Positions 45,402-53,809 of a stretch of 64,000 nt of DNA are shown in pieces. The notes beneath the pieces are model-generated. The model was not told the origin of the DNA and searched no databases. It worked only from the letters and a program-made list of their open reading frames with translations. The stretch comes from an uncultured Acidobacteriota bacterium (GTDB lineage: Bacteria; Acidobacteriota; Terriglobia; UBA7540): assembly GCA_963718175.1 (NCBI GenBank), contig CAVQYM010000014.1, positions 104,283 to 168,282 on the forward strand, read 5' to 3'. A program made the position numbers and the translations under genes. Numbering within the stretch: position 1 is the stretch's first letter; each line of letters starts with the position of its first letter.

Positions 45402-47450
45402 CTAGTGGTAAGGCAGGCTTCGCAGGAGTTCCTCATCCCTCGCGGCTGGCCGCTGGGTTGACGTAAAAGCGCGCCGTGGAAAAAAGGCCTGTGAAGTCCC
45501 GATGGGAATCCCCGGTGGGTGGGCGGAACTCGAATCGAACTGAGCACTCAATCGGTCAGCGTTGGCCATGGCGCCGCCAGATCCTCCGAATGCAGAAAGG
45601 TACTCCGGCCTTCTCCAAGGGCGGAGCGATTCGGCAACGGCCGCACGTAGCTGGATTTGCAGGTTCTTCAGGCGCTCCTGATTTTCCGGGGATTGGGCCA
45701 GATTGAACTTCTCCGCCGGATCGCTCACCCAACGAAAGAGTTCCTCGCTGCCTTGCGCGTAGCGGATATATTGCCATTCGGGAGTGGTCAAGCTAGTTGA
45801 GGCTGGAAACGTCCCTTCTTTCAAAAACTCGGATACTGCAAATTCATCAAAGTCCCCGGGTTCAAATCCTGGCCTCCAAAAACGCTGGAGGCTGGCCCGT
45901 TGAAACGGGGTGTTGTTCATCCCGGCAAATTGTAGGATGGTCTCAAAGATCTCTTGTAATCGAACCAGATGCGGAATTCGAAGACCGGCGGGAATGTTGG
46001 GTCCCCAAATGATGAGAGGGACCCGCAACACCTCCCGGTAAAGGTTAGAACCATGATTGTAAGTGCCGTGCTCGCCGAAGCCCTCACCATGGTCGGATGT
46101 GATGATGACGATGGTGTTTTCCCATCCGGGAAGGCAGGAAAGAGATTCCAAAAGTTCGTTGACCGAGTCATCCAAGAACGCCAGGCAGTTATCGTAGCTG
46201 GTCATCAGGGAATCTTGGTCCTCGGCGGTCAGGTGCGGATGGCTCTTTGCCTCACCCATAGCTGATTCGATCCTCTTGACCCGCCAAGGGGACACGCGAC
46301 CGAAGCGGGAAGCGTGGTGCGCAGGCACAAGATAAGGTGCGTGTACGTCATAGTAGTTGATGAAGAGGTAGAAGGGCCTTGGCGAACGGTGGTGAAACCA
46401 GCGGAGGACGTCGCGGTTGATTTGGCCCGCGTCCCGACGCTCCAAGTCGTCTGGCTGCACATACTCCTGGTAGAAAGGTGGTAGAAACAGGCTGACCAAG
46501 AGCAGGCTTACGAGATTGTGTCGCAACGAGGTGCTATCGTCGTCATAAAACTCAAAACCGTTGCCCATCCCCCAGCCCATCCAGCCATAGACGAGGTTAG
46601 AAGTGAACCCCGCAGTCTCATAGCCCCGTGAACTCAACACCTCGGCGAGCGTCCACCAGCTCGGGTCCAACGGTTCGGCAAAATCGGCGCCGTGCTGATG
46701 AGGGAGCAGACCGGTGAACATCGATGCATGGGAGGGCAGTGTCCAGGGCGAAGCGGCGATGGCATTCTCAAAAACGACCCCCCGCCGCCCCCACTTGTCG
46801 ATGCGGGGGGTGGTCGGGCGAGAATACCCATAGAGAGAAACATGGTCCGCCCGCACCGTGTCGAGCGTAATCAGGATGATGTTGGGTTCGCGGATTTGCC
46901 CTGCGGGTTTAGGCGCAACGTCCGCCCGTCGCAGAGATGGCCTTATGGTATAGGCGCCCACCCCAAGTAGCGATACTGCAAGAACCATGGCGAGCAGGAG
47001 ACGCAAGGTTTTGAGAGGGAGGAGGCGTCCCGCGATGAAAGCACTTGCCCCCACGAGAACAATCCAAGGCCCCTTGGCCAGGATGAAGTGGATTGGGGAT
47101 TTACCCATCAAAGGGTTGACAGCGAAAACCCTTAGGTTGATGGCATTCGCGAGCACCAACATGGCGGCCAGACAGATTCCCACAATGACGGAACCCCCCC
47201 GCCAGATTCGGCTGCCGCGGCTGGCGACGAACAGTCCGGCAAGCAAGCCAAGAAACCCAACGGCCAAACCATCTACCAAGGGACCCAGGAATAAGATGAC
47301 GTAACTGACATCAGGTCGGATGAGAACCGGTGGGGCAGGATGTCGGTAACGATACACCCCCTCGAGGGCGCCCACGAGCAATCCCATCAGAACACCCACG
47401 GCTGTGTATCGGCCGGTCAACGGCATGGAATTGGGTTTATTCTCGGTCAT
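45402..47450 (-). CDS. Membrane-anchored sulfatase-fold (alkaline-phosphatase superfamily) hydrolase/transferase
   Basis: About 5 N-terminal helices, then a sulfatase domain (ILITLDTVRADH, SPWTLPSHASMFTG, ITSDHGEGFGEHG). The nucleophile position reads T-L-P-S-H instead of C/S-x-P-x-R. Start taken at MTENKP (47450). Confidence 0.8.
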   Translation of the reverse strand: MTENKPNSMPLTGRYTAVGVLMGLLVGALEGVYRYRHPAPPVLIRPDVSYVILFLGPLVDGLAVGFLGLLAGLFVASRGSRIWRGGSVIVGICLAAMLVLANAINLRVFAVNPLMGKSPIHFILAKGPWIVLVGASAFIAGRLLPLKTLRLLLAMVLAVSLLGVGAYTIRPSLRRADVAPKPAGQIREPNIILITLDTVRADHVSLYGYSRPTTPRIDKWGRRGVVFENAIAASPWTLPSHASMFTGLLPHQHGADFAEPLDPSWWTLAEVLSSRGYETAGFTSNLVYGWMGWGMGNGFEFYDDDSTSLRHNLVSLLLVSLFLPPFYQEYVQPDDLERRDAGQINRDVLRWFHHRSPRPFYLFINYYDVHAPYLVPAHHASRFGRVSPWRVKRIESAMGEAKSHPHLTAEDQDSLMTSYDNCLAFLDDSVNELLESLSCLPGWENTIVIITSDHGEGFGEHGTYNHGSNLYREVLRVPLIIWGPNIPAGLRIPHLVRLQEIFETILQFAGMNNTPFQRASLQRFWRPGFEPGDFDEFAVSEFLKEGTFPASTSLTTPEWQYIRYAQGSEELFRWVSDPAEKFNLAQSPENQERLKNLQIQLRAAVAESLRPWRRPEYLSAFGGSGGAMANADRLSAQFDSSSAHPPGIPIGTSQAFFPRRAFTSTQRPAARDEELLRSLPYH

Positions 47451-47726
47451 CTGCGCATCACTTCCATCGATCCTCCAGGATCGCGCCGCGCCCTGGAAAA
47501 TGCCGTGCGTCCGCATTTCAGCAGGATTGCCCACGAAGGAGCCCATATTCTCGATTTGGATTCCATTCTGGTGGCAAGTATACATTCTACGATCTCCCCT
47601 GAGAAGACCCCCACAGCAGCAGGTTAGCGCAGCAACAAAGAACCGATTGACAGGCCTTTGAGCGCGGCCCTACACTCAAAATTCAGGCGAAATCCTTAAG
47701 TTTAACTTTCACCGCGGGGGTGTTTC

Positions 47727-48569
47727 ATGGCTAAAGGTCCGTTGAACGATCAGCAGGTGCGCGATTACCAGGTCGACGGCTACGTATTGGCCCGAGGGCT
47801 CTTCGACGAAGAGGAAATAGGACTGCTGCGGCGCGCCGCCAAGGAAGACCGGGAACTCGATCAGCACTCGTATGGCCGAAAGGATGGAGAAGGCGGGATC
47901 GTGCGCCTCTCCTTGTGGAACCATCCCGGCGACACCCTGTACGGAATGTTCGCGCGCTCGGAGTCCGTGGTCAACTCCGCGGAGAAGCTTTTGGGCGGCG
48001 AGGTGTACCACTACCATTCCAAGATGATTATGAAGGATCCCAAGGTGGGTGGCGCCTGGACGTGGCACCAGGACTATGGGTACTGGTACCAAAACGGAGT
48101 TTTGTTTCCGTTGCTTTGCAGCGCCTTTATTGCCGTCGACCGGGCCACGCGGGAGAACGGTTGCCTGCAGGTCCTGCGCGGCTCGCACCAACTCGGGCGC
48201 ATTGATCACGTGCTGACGGGCCAGCAGGCCGGCGCGGATATGGAGCGCGTGAACGAGATCAAGAAGCGATTGGAGCTGGTCTACGTTGAAATGGAACCCG
48301 GTGATACGTTGTTTTTCCATTGCAACTTGCTGCACCGGTCCGATCAGAACCATTCTGATAACCCGCGCTGGTCCATGATTTGCTGCTACAACGCGGCGCG
48401 CAATGATCCCTACAAGGAATCCCACCATCCGCGTTACACCCCGCTCCAAAAAGTGGCTGACACCGCCATCAAGGCGGCCGGCCTGCGGCGCTTTAGCGAC
48501 CCTCATACGGACGTCGCTTGGTTGAGCCCCGACCGGGATGAAAGCGCCCGCAGCCTGGAGAAAAAATAG
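47727..48569 (+). CDS. Phytanoyl-CoA dioxygenase (PhyH) family Fe(II)/2-oxoglutarate oxygenase
   Basis: PhyH-like sequence with WHQDYGYW (HxD) and a distal FFHCNLLHRS histidine. Confidence 0.85.
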   Translation: MAKGPLNDQQVRDYQVDGYVLARGLFDEEEIGLLRRAAKEDRELDQHSYGRKDGEGGIVRLSLWNHPGDTLYGMFARSESVVNSAEKLLGGEVYHYHSKMIMKDPKVGGAWTWHQDYGYWYQNGVLFPLLCSAFIAVDRATRENGCLQVLRGSHQLGRIDHVLTGQQAGADMERVNEIKKRLELVYVEMEPGDTLFFHCNLLHRSDQNHSDNPRWSMICCYNAARNDPYKESHHPRYTPLQKVADTAIKAAGLRRFSDPHTDVAWLSPDRDESARSLEKK

Positions 48570-48683
48570 GTCCCTCGGGTTTGGGAGGGCTTCATGACCG
48601 ACGCCAAAACCGATCTGCTGCGGCACACGCTGGCCACGCTCGCTTATCGAGGCGGCAAAGTGCTGCGTGGCGCCCCCTCTGAC

Positions 48684-50508
48684 GCATCTTCCTTTTTGTT
48701 TTAGGCGGGATATTTTATCGAACTGCTTGGGATGATGGCAGTTGCGCGTTGTCTTGGACGTCGAGCTCCTGACTACATAGTCGGCAGGGTGACGCCGAGT
48801 GCCTTGAGAATTTCTTGCTGGCGGGCGTCCGGTTGAGGCAGCTTGGTCAGCGTGGTTTTCTCATCGACCGGGTAGTGCAGCAGGCACAGGCGGGTCAAGG
48901 CCCGCAGCGCATCCGGCAAGGTGATGGCGTCGGCCCGAGTCTCGGTGGTGCCAAAGGCCGCTCGTAATCGCCGCTCCATCTCACGACTGACTTTCAAGGC
49001 CAGCAGGCAGCAGAACACGTGCCCCCGCGTGCGGCTCTCTTTGCGCACCCAGACGGGCCGCACCTCCAGCAAGCCCGTCTTCAGGGTGCGAAAATCGCGC
49101 TCTACCTTCTGGAGCGAAACATAGCTGTCATGCACTTGCTGGGCGCTCATCGCGGCGGGGGCCACGTCGGTGGTCACCACATAGCAGCCTGCCAACTCCA
49201 GCGCCCGGTCGATCGCTGCTTCGTTCCTTTGCAACTTCAACTGCGTGCCTTCGAGCGGGATTTCCACCAGGCCCGTCAACTTGTGCCGCTCGACCCAGGC
49301 TTGCATCGCCCGTTGGCCCGCTTCCGGCTGGCAGCGGGGGTGGGTGCGCACCTGCTCGTTGCGCGCCTGGATCTGGGCTTCCAGCTTCGTCAGTTTGTCG
49401 TCCAGGCGATGCTGCTCGCGCTGTGCCTCCTGCGGATTCCGGCGCAGGATATAGCGCACGCCCTCCGCTTCCACTTCCGAGACGGTCTCACTGAACAGGT
49501 TCAACTGCAAGGTTCCTTGGGCCAGCAGCCGGCGAACCTGCGGGTCGGTCAAGGCCGTGATATAGCGCAACCCCGCTCCCGTCAGCGCTTGCTTCCCCTT
49601 ACTTTTCACCATCCCCCGGTCCCCCACGAAGACCAATTCCTCCACCCCGAATTGTCCCTGCAGAATCTGGATCTGTTCTACCACGGTGGTGGGATCACTG
49701 CGGTTCCCTTCGAACACCCGCACGGCCAGCGGTTCGCCTGCCTCGTCCGCCAACAGGCCGATGACGATTTGCAACTTGCCCCGCTTTCCGTCGCGGTTGT
49801 AACCGTACTCCCCCAACTCGTTCTTCTCCCCTTCCAGATAACTGCTCGTCACGTCGTAGAGAAACAGCCGGGGCGGCTGGCCGCGTCGAGCCAGGTAGCG
49901 GCGATACAGGGTCTTTTCCATCTTCCCCTGACGAGCCGCCAAGTCATCCAAGGCGGCATACAGATCGTCCTCGTCGAACTTCCCCAGGCCCAGCACTTCG
50001 GCCACCGCCTGATCCTGGGCCCAGCGCACCGCGGAAAGGCGCGAGCCCTGGTGAGCGACACGGGCCAACACCAGGAACAGAGCGAGTTTCGCCAGCCGGC
50101 TATGACCGAGCGCGGCGCCGATGCCCAGAGCCTTGGCGATCTGCTTGAGCACGAACAAGAGGCCGAACACGCCTCCCAACTGAGGGGCCCGGGAGAGCTC
50201 GGCGGCCTGATCGAACTCGCCCCGCAACAGGCGGCGGAGGGCTTCGATGCGGGCGGGGAGCCAATGCGAGAGGTTGGCGAGGGTGCGGTTCTTAACCTTG
50301 CCGTGATGGCGAAAAGATTCGCGCAGGAGGATGGCGGGCGGGGAGTTGCGGTTAGGGACGGTTGTGATATACATGACTCCCGTATACCATCATAATCTAG
50401 CAATGTCAAGGACAATCTTCAATATACATGACTACACTATGATGCCAAAAAACAGGACAACCCCTCTCGATGCAAGGATTTTGAGTCAATCACTAGAAGG
50501 AAGATCCG
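48684..50508 (-). mobile_element. IS4/IS1634-family insertion sequence (~1.8 kb)
   Basis: Single DDE transposase ORF. Imperfect terminal inverted repeats (C)GCATCTTCCTT... and ...AAGGAAGATCCG. Direct TCTGA(C) duplication at 48678-48683 and 50509-50514. Confidence 0.8.
48773..50374 (-). CDS. IS1634/IS4-family DDE transposase
   Basis: 533-aa ORF. The N-terminus MYITTVPNRNSPPAILLRESFRHHGKVKNRTLANLS matches what I recall of IS1634-type transposases. Confidence 0.8.
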   Translation of the reverse strand: MYITTVPNRNSPPAILLRESFRHHGKVKNRTLANLSHWLPARIEALRRLLRGEFDQAAELSRAPQLGGVFGLLFVLKQIAKALGIGAALGHSRLAKLALFLVLARVAHQGSRLSAVRWAQDQAVAEVLGLGKFDEDDLYAALDDLAARQGKMEKTLYRRYLARRGQPPRLFLYDVTSSYLEGEKNELGEYGYNRDGKRGKLQIVIGLLADEAGEPLAVRVFEGNRSDPTTVVEQIQILQGQFGVEELVFVGDRGMVKSKGKQALTGAGLRYITALTDPQVRRLLAQGTLQLNLFSETVSEVEAEGVRYILRRNPQEAQREQHRLDDKLTKLEAQIQARNEQVRTHPRCQPEAGQRAMQAWVERHKLTGLVEIPLEGTQLKLQRNEAAIDRALELAGCYVVTTDVAPAAMSAQQVHDSYVSLQKVERDFRTLKTGLLEVRPVWVRKESRTRGHVFCCLLALKVSREMERRLRAAFGTTETRADAITLPDALRALTRLCLLHYPVDEKTTLTKLPQPDARQQEILKALGVTLPTM

Positions 50509-50967
50509 TCTGACTTCGCCGAGTTTCGCGTCAGCCCGACCACTCGCACACCGGCTCAAATCCTGGCCCACCTCGGCGACCTGCTTGACTGGGCGCTTTC
50601 GCTCGCCGAGGGCCAAGAAGCGTGGCACAATTCCCCCCCGCTCAGTTGGGAGACAGGAACGGCACGCTTCTTTGCCGCGCTGGAAGCCTTTGACCAGCGG
50701 CTTTCTTCCGCGGCGCCACTCGCTTGTTCCGCGGAAGGGCTGTTTCAGGGAGCTATTGCTGATTCTCTTACGCACGTTGGCCAGATTGCTATGCTGCGCC
50801 GCCTGGCCGGCTGCCCGGTACTTGGTGAGAATTACCATAGGGCGGAAATCACCGCCGGCCGGGTGGGCCCGGAACAGGCCAAGCCGAAGTTCGAGTTCGA
50901 ATAAGCGTTGGAAGAGGAGCGGGATTCGACGAACGGTCTCATCGATGTATATTCCTTGCAGATAAAT

Positions 50968-51221
50968 ATGAGAGTAGCGCACAAAAGTCAGCTTGCGAAG
51001 TGGGGAAACAGCCTGCAGTGAGGCTTCCCCGGCGAATCATTGAATCCGCCTGCCTGCGGGAAGGCGACCCGCTGAACTTGAGTGTGGGCAAGGATGGCGC
51101 GGTTGTCATGCGGCCCGCCCACCGCGAGTATCGCCTGGAAGAACTGGTTTCCGGGATCACGGCCAGGAATCGGCATGACGAAACCGATTGGGGCGGGCCG
51201 GTCGGTAAAGAACAAGCTTGA
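50968..51221 (+). pseudogene. MazE/PemI (AbrB/SpoVT-fold) antitoxin remnant with a frameshift and no toxin partner
   Basis: ATG 50968 gives MRVAHKSQLAKWGNSLQ followed by a stop. The other frame continues (A)VRLPRRIIESACLREGDPLNLSV...LEELVSGITARNRHDETDWGGPVGKE. The canonical KWGNSLAVRLP motif is broken by a 1-nt loss near 51013-51018. Confidence 0.65.
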
Positions 51222-51240
51222 AGGCTAGCTGTCAAGGCTA

Positions 51241-51477
51241 TCACGTTTCAGGGAGGGATTCCTCGTACTCCTCGAGAGCTTGTGCAGCGTGTTCCGATTT
51301 CAGTTTGAGTACATCGAGCTGGACGGTCAGGGCGGGCAGTAGGTCGTGGTAAGAAGGGCTGCCGAGCTTGTGGCGCTTTAGTCTGCGGTGCAGGGTTTCC
51401 ACCGCGCGAGAGTACTCTTCGACTTCATCAAGCATTTGTTCGATGGTCGACAACGACGGAACAGATTTCGTAGCCAT
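51241..51477 (-). CDS. Small helical hypothetical protein (78 aa)
   Basis: ORF with plausible coding character and no recognised domain. Lies directly downstream of the heptamer array. Confidence 0.45.
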   Translation of the reverse strand: MATKSVPSLSTIEQMLDEVEEYSRAVETLHRRLKRHKLGSPSYHDLLPALTVQLDVLKLKSEHAAQALEEYEESLPET

Positions 51478-51529
51478 CCCTCACCAATCTCTTTTCAGTC
51501 GCCCCGCGAGCCGCGCCACGGTTGCGTTC

Positions 51530-51627
51530 CTGCCGACTGCCTACTGCCGACTGCCTTCTGCCTACTGCCGACTGCCTTCTGCCTACTGCCGACTGCCGAC
51601 TGCCTTCTGCCCGCTGCCTACTGCTTT
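51530..51627. repeat. Tandem heptanucleotide array, 14 x CTGCCNN, with a 21-bp super-period
   Basis: Units ctgccga, ctgccta, ctgccga, ctgcctt, and so on, counted directly. The array abuts the peptidase stop codon (51628-51630) and ends 52 bp upstream of the 51477 start. Confidence 0.9.
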
Positions 51628-53466
51628 CTACCACCCCACCGGTTTTCCCTGATTCTGTTCCTCCAGCCACTTTTCCAGTGGTGCGAAGTAATCGCGGATG
51701 GCCGTGGCGTCCATTTGCCGCTGGCCGGTCAGGGCCTCGAGAGCGTCGGGCCACGGGCGGCTTTGGCCCATTTCGAGCATCTTGGCCAGACGGGCGCCCG
51801 CTTCCTTGTTATCGTAAATCGAGCAGCGGTTAAGCGGTTCCGTGCAACCGGCGGTTTTCGCCAGCGCGCGATGAAACTGGAATTGCAGGATGTCCGCCAG
51901 AAAATAGCGCGTGTAGGGAACGTTCGCCGCCACGTGGTATTTTGCTCCGGGGTCGAAGTCTTCCTCGCTGCGCGGCAGGGGAGGGGCAACGCCCTGGTAC
52001 TTCAAGCGCAGGGCCCACCAGGCCTGATTGTATTGCGCGGGCGTGATCTCCCCAGCGAAGACCTTCCAGCGCCATTGATCGATGAGAAGCCCAAAGGGCA
52101 GGAAGGCGATTTTTTCCAGGGCCTTTTGCATGAGCAAGCCCAAGTCCTTAGAAGGATCGGGAGCCCGCTCGATCAGTCCGAGTTTCACCAGGTATGGAGG
52201 CGTGATAGAGAGTGCGATGGTGTCGCCGATGGCCTCGTGGAAACCGTCATTGGCGCTATCGCGAAACAGGTAAGGTTGATGGCGGTAGGCCCGCTGGTAG
52301 AAGTTGTGTCCCAGTTCGTGATGGATGGTGGAAAAATATTCGGAGGTGATATCGATGCACATTTTCACGCGCAGGTCTTGATCGGCGTCCACATCCCAGG
52401 CGCTGGCGTGGCACACTACGTCGCGGTCGCGCGGTTTGGTGAACATCGACCGCTCCCAGAACGTCTGCGGCAGGGATGCGAAGCCGAGCGACGTAAAGAA
52501 GTGCTCGCCGTAGCGAACCATGCCCCGGGCGTCGGTCGAGCGGCTTTTCAATATTTGCGTCAGGTCGTAGCCCGGGTCGGCATTAGGCGGCGCGACCAGG
52601 GGATAGACGTTTTCCCAGGATTGCGCCCACAGATTGCCGAGCAGGTCGGCGCGTATGGGGCCGCTGGCGGGAACCGCCTGGTCGCCGTATTTCTGGCGCA
52701 GCTTCCAGCGCACGTAGGCGTGGAGCTGCACGTAAAGCGGGCGCACCTGATCCCACAGGCGGTCCAGTTCGCGCGCAAAATCATCCGGAGGCATGTCGTA
52801 CTTGGAGCGCCATAGCGCGCCCGTGTCCTTAAATCCCAGTTCCCGCGCCCCCTGATTGGAGAGCTCCACGAAGCGCACAAAATCCTTGCGCATGGGCCGC
52901 GCAATCAGGTGCCAGCCTGCCCAGGCCACGCGCAGTTCGTCGGGGTCGCGGCTGGTGGCCATCAGGCGTGTCAGGTCTTCGATATCCAGGCATTGGTCTT
53001 TGCCGGGCGGGCACCATTTCCCCTTGCCGTAAACGCCCTCCATGCGGGAAGCAATCTCGGTAATCTCCGCACTCTTGGGTGGATCGGCAGGAGTAGGGAG
53101 TACCAGAGAAACCTTCAGCAGCAGCATCTTACGAGCCAGGTCGGCGGGCAGTTTCAGTCCATCGAAGCGCGTGGCCTGCTTCGCGAACTCGACCTGTGCG
53201 GCAATGGCGCGCTCATCGGCCAGGGCTGCCAGGGCTTCCGTGTCGTCCGTGATGTATGTTGCCTTCACCCAATCGGCGCGGCTGGCAATCACGCTGAGTT
53301 CAAGCAGTTTGGCCTCCGCGTTCTTGAGGAAGGCTTCCGCCTCCGCTACGGTGGGAGGCTGCTGGGCAGAAGGTTTTTCGTCAGCGTTTGACATGGACAC
53401 AACTCCAAATAGGATGACTCCAAGAACCACCCCTACTAGGTTATAAATTGCAAAACCTGGTTTCAT
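51628..53466 (-). CDS. Peptidyl-dipeptidase A (M2, angiotensin-converting-enzyme-like) metallopeptidase, secreted
   Basis: HHELGHNFY zinc motif plus a downstream HEAIGD glutamate. Signal peptide from [32 protein letters not shown] before the ATG at 53466. Confidence 0.85.
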   Translation of the reverse strand: MKPGFAIYNLVGVVLGVILFGVVSMSNADEKPSAQQPPTVAEAEAFLKNAEAKLLELSVIASRADWVKATYITDDTEALAALADERAIAAQVEFAKQATRFDGLKLPADLARKMLLLKVSLVLPTPADPPKSAEITEIASRMEGVYGKGKWCPPGKDQCLDIEDLTRLMATSRDPDELRVAWAGWHLIARPMRKDFVRFVELSNQGARELGFKDTGALWRSKYDMPPDDFARELDRLWDQVRPLYVQLHAYVRWKLRQKYGDQAVPASGPIRADLLGNLWAQSWENVYPLVAPPNADPGYDLTQILKSRSTDARGMVRYGEHFFTSLGFASLPQTFWERSMFTKPRDRDVVCHASAWDVDADQDLRVKMCIDITSEYFSTIHHELGHNFYQRAYRHQPYLFRDSANDGFHEAIGDTIALSITPPYLVKLGLIERAPDPSKDLGLLMQKALEKIAFLPFGLLIDQWRWKVFAGEITPAQYNQAWWALRLKYQGVAPPLPRSEEDFDPGAKYHVAANVPYTRYFLADILQFQFHRALAKTAGCTEPLNRCSIYDNKEAGARLAKMLEMGQSRPWPDALEALTGQRQMDATAIRDYFAPLEKWLEEQNQGKPVGW

Positions 53467-53761
53467 GTTACTCCCCTTTTGACATTTCTTGCGCCGGGCG
53501 CCAAACACCCTTGCGGAAACAAACCCTCGCAGGAGATAAAGGACCATCCCGGAGAGCCGTATCTTAGGCCGATTAGTGGTGCCGAACAAGAGGGCGGGGA
53601 ACAGAGTCGGGTGGAGAGCGTGGTAGTGAGATGGGCCCGTCATCACTCTTTTTATCGCATAGCCCGGTTTTCTCAAGCACTGATCCCCGGTCCATGGTTT
53701 CTTTTTCCTCTTTTTCCTTCAATTCCATTCCGAGTCCCCACCCCCGTGGGGAGTTATGTCT

Positions 53762-53790
53762 TTGACGCCTTTCCTGAACTCGGGTATAAC
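53762..53790 (+). promoter_or_regulatory. Sigma70-type promoter of SGNH hydrolase copy 1
   Basis: TTGACG (53762-53767), a 17-nt spacer, then TATAAC (53785-53790). GGGAGG RBS and ATG at 53810. Confidence 0.55.
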
Positions 53791-53809
53791 ACGGGCAAGG
53801 GAGGGAGCT

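Larger units (their letters stand above)
48594..50904 (+). pseudogene. DinB-family protein gene interrupted by an IS element
   Basis: The N-terminal 30 codons (48594-48683, MTDAKTDLLRHTLATLAYRGGKVLRGAPSD) continue in frame at 50515 (FAEFRVSPTTRTPAQILAHLGDLLDW...THVGQIAMLRR...) to TAA at 50902-50904 once the IS and one TSD copy are removed. Confidence 0.8.

Noticed and set aside
50437-50982. A 181-aa ORF on the minus strand next to the IS.
   Set aside because: It is antisense to the clearly recognisable C-terminal part of the DinB-like gene, which reads in frame with the N-terminal fragment across the IS.
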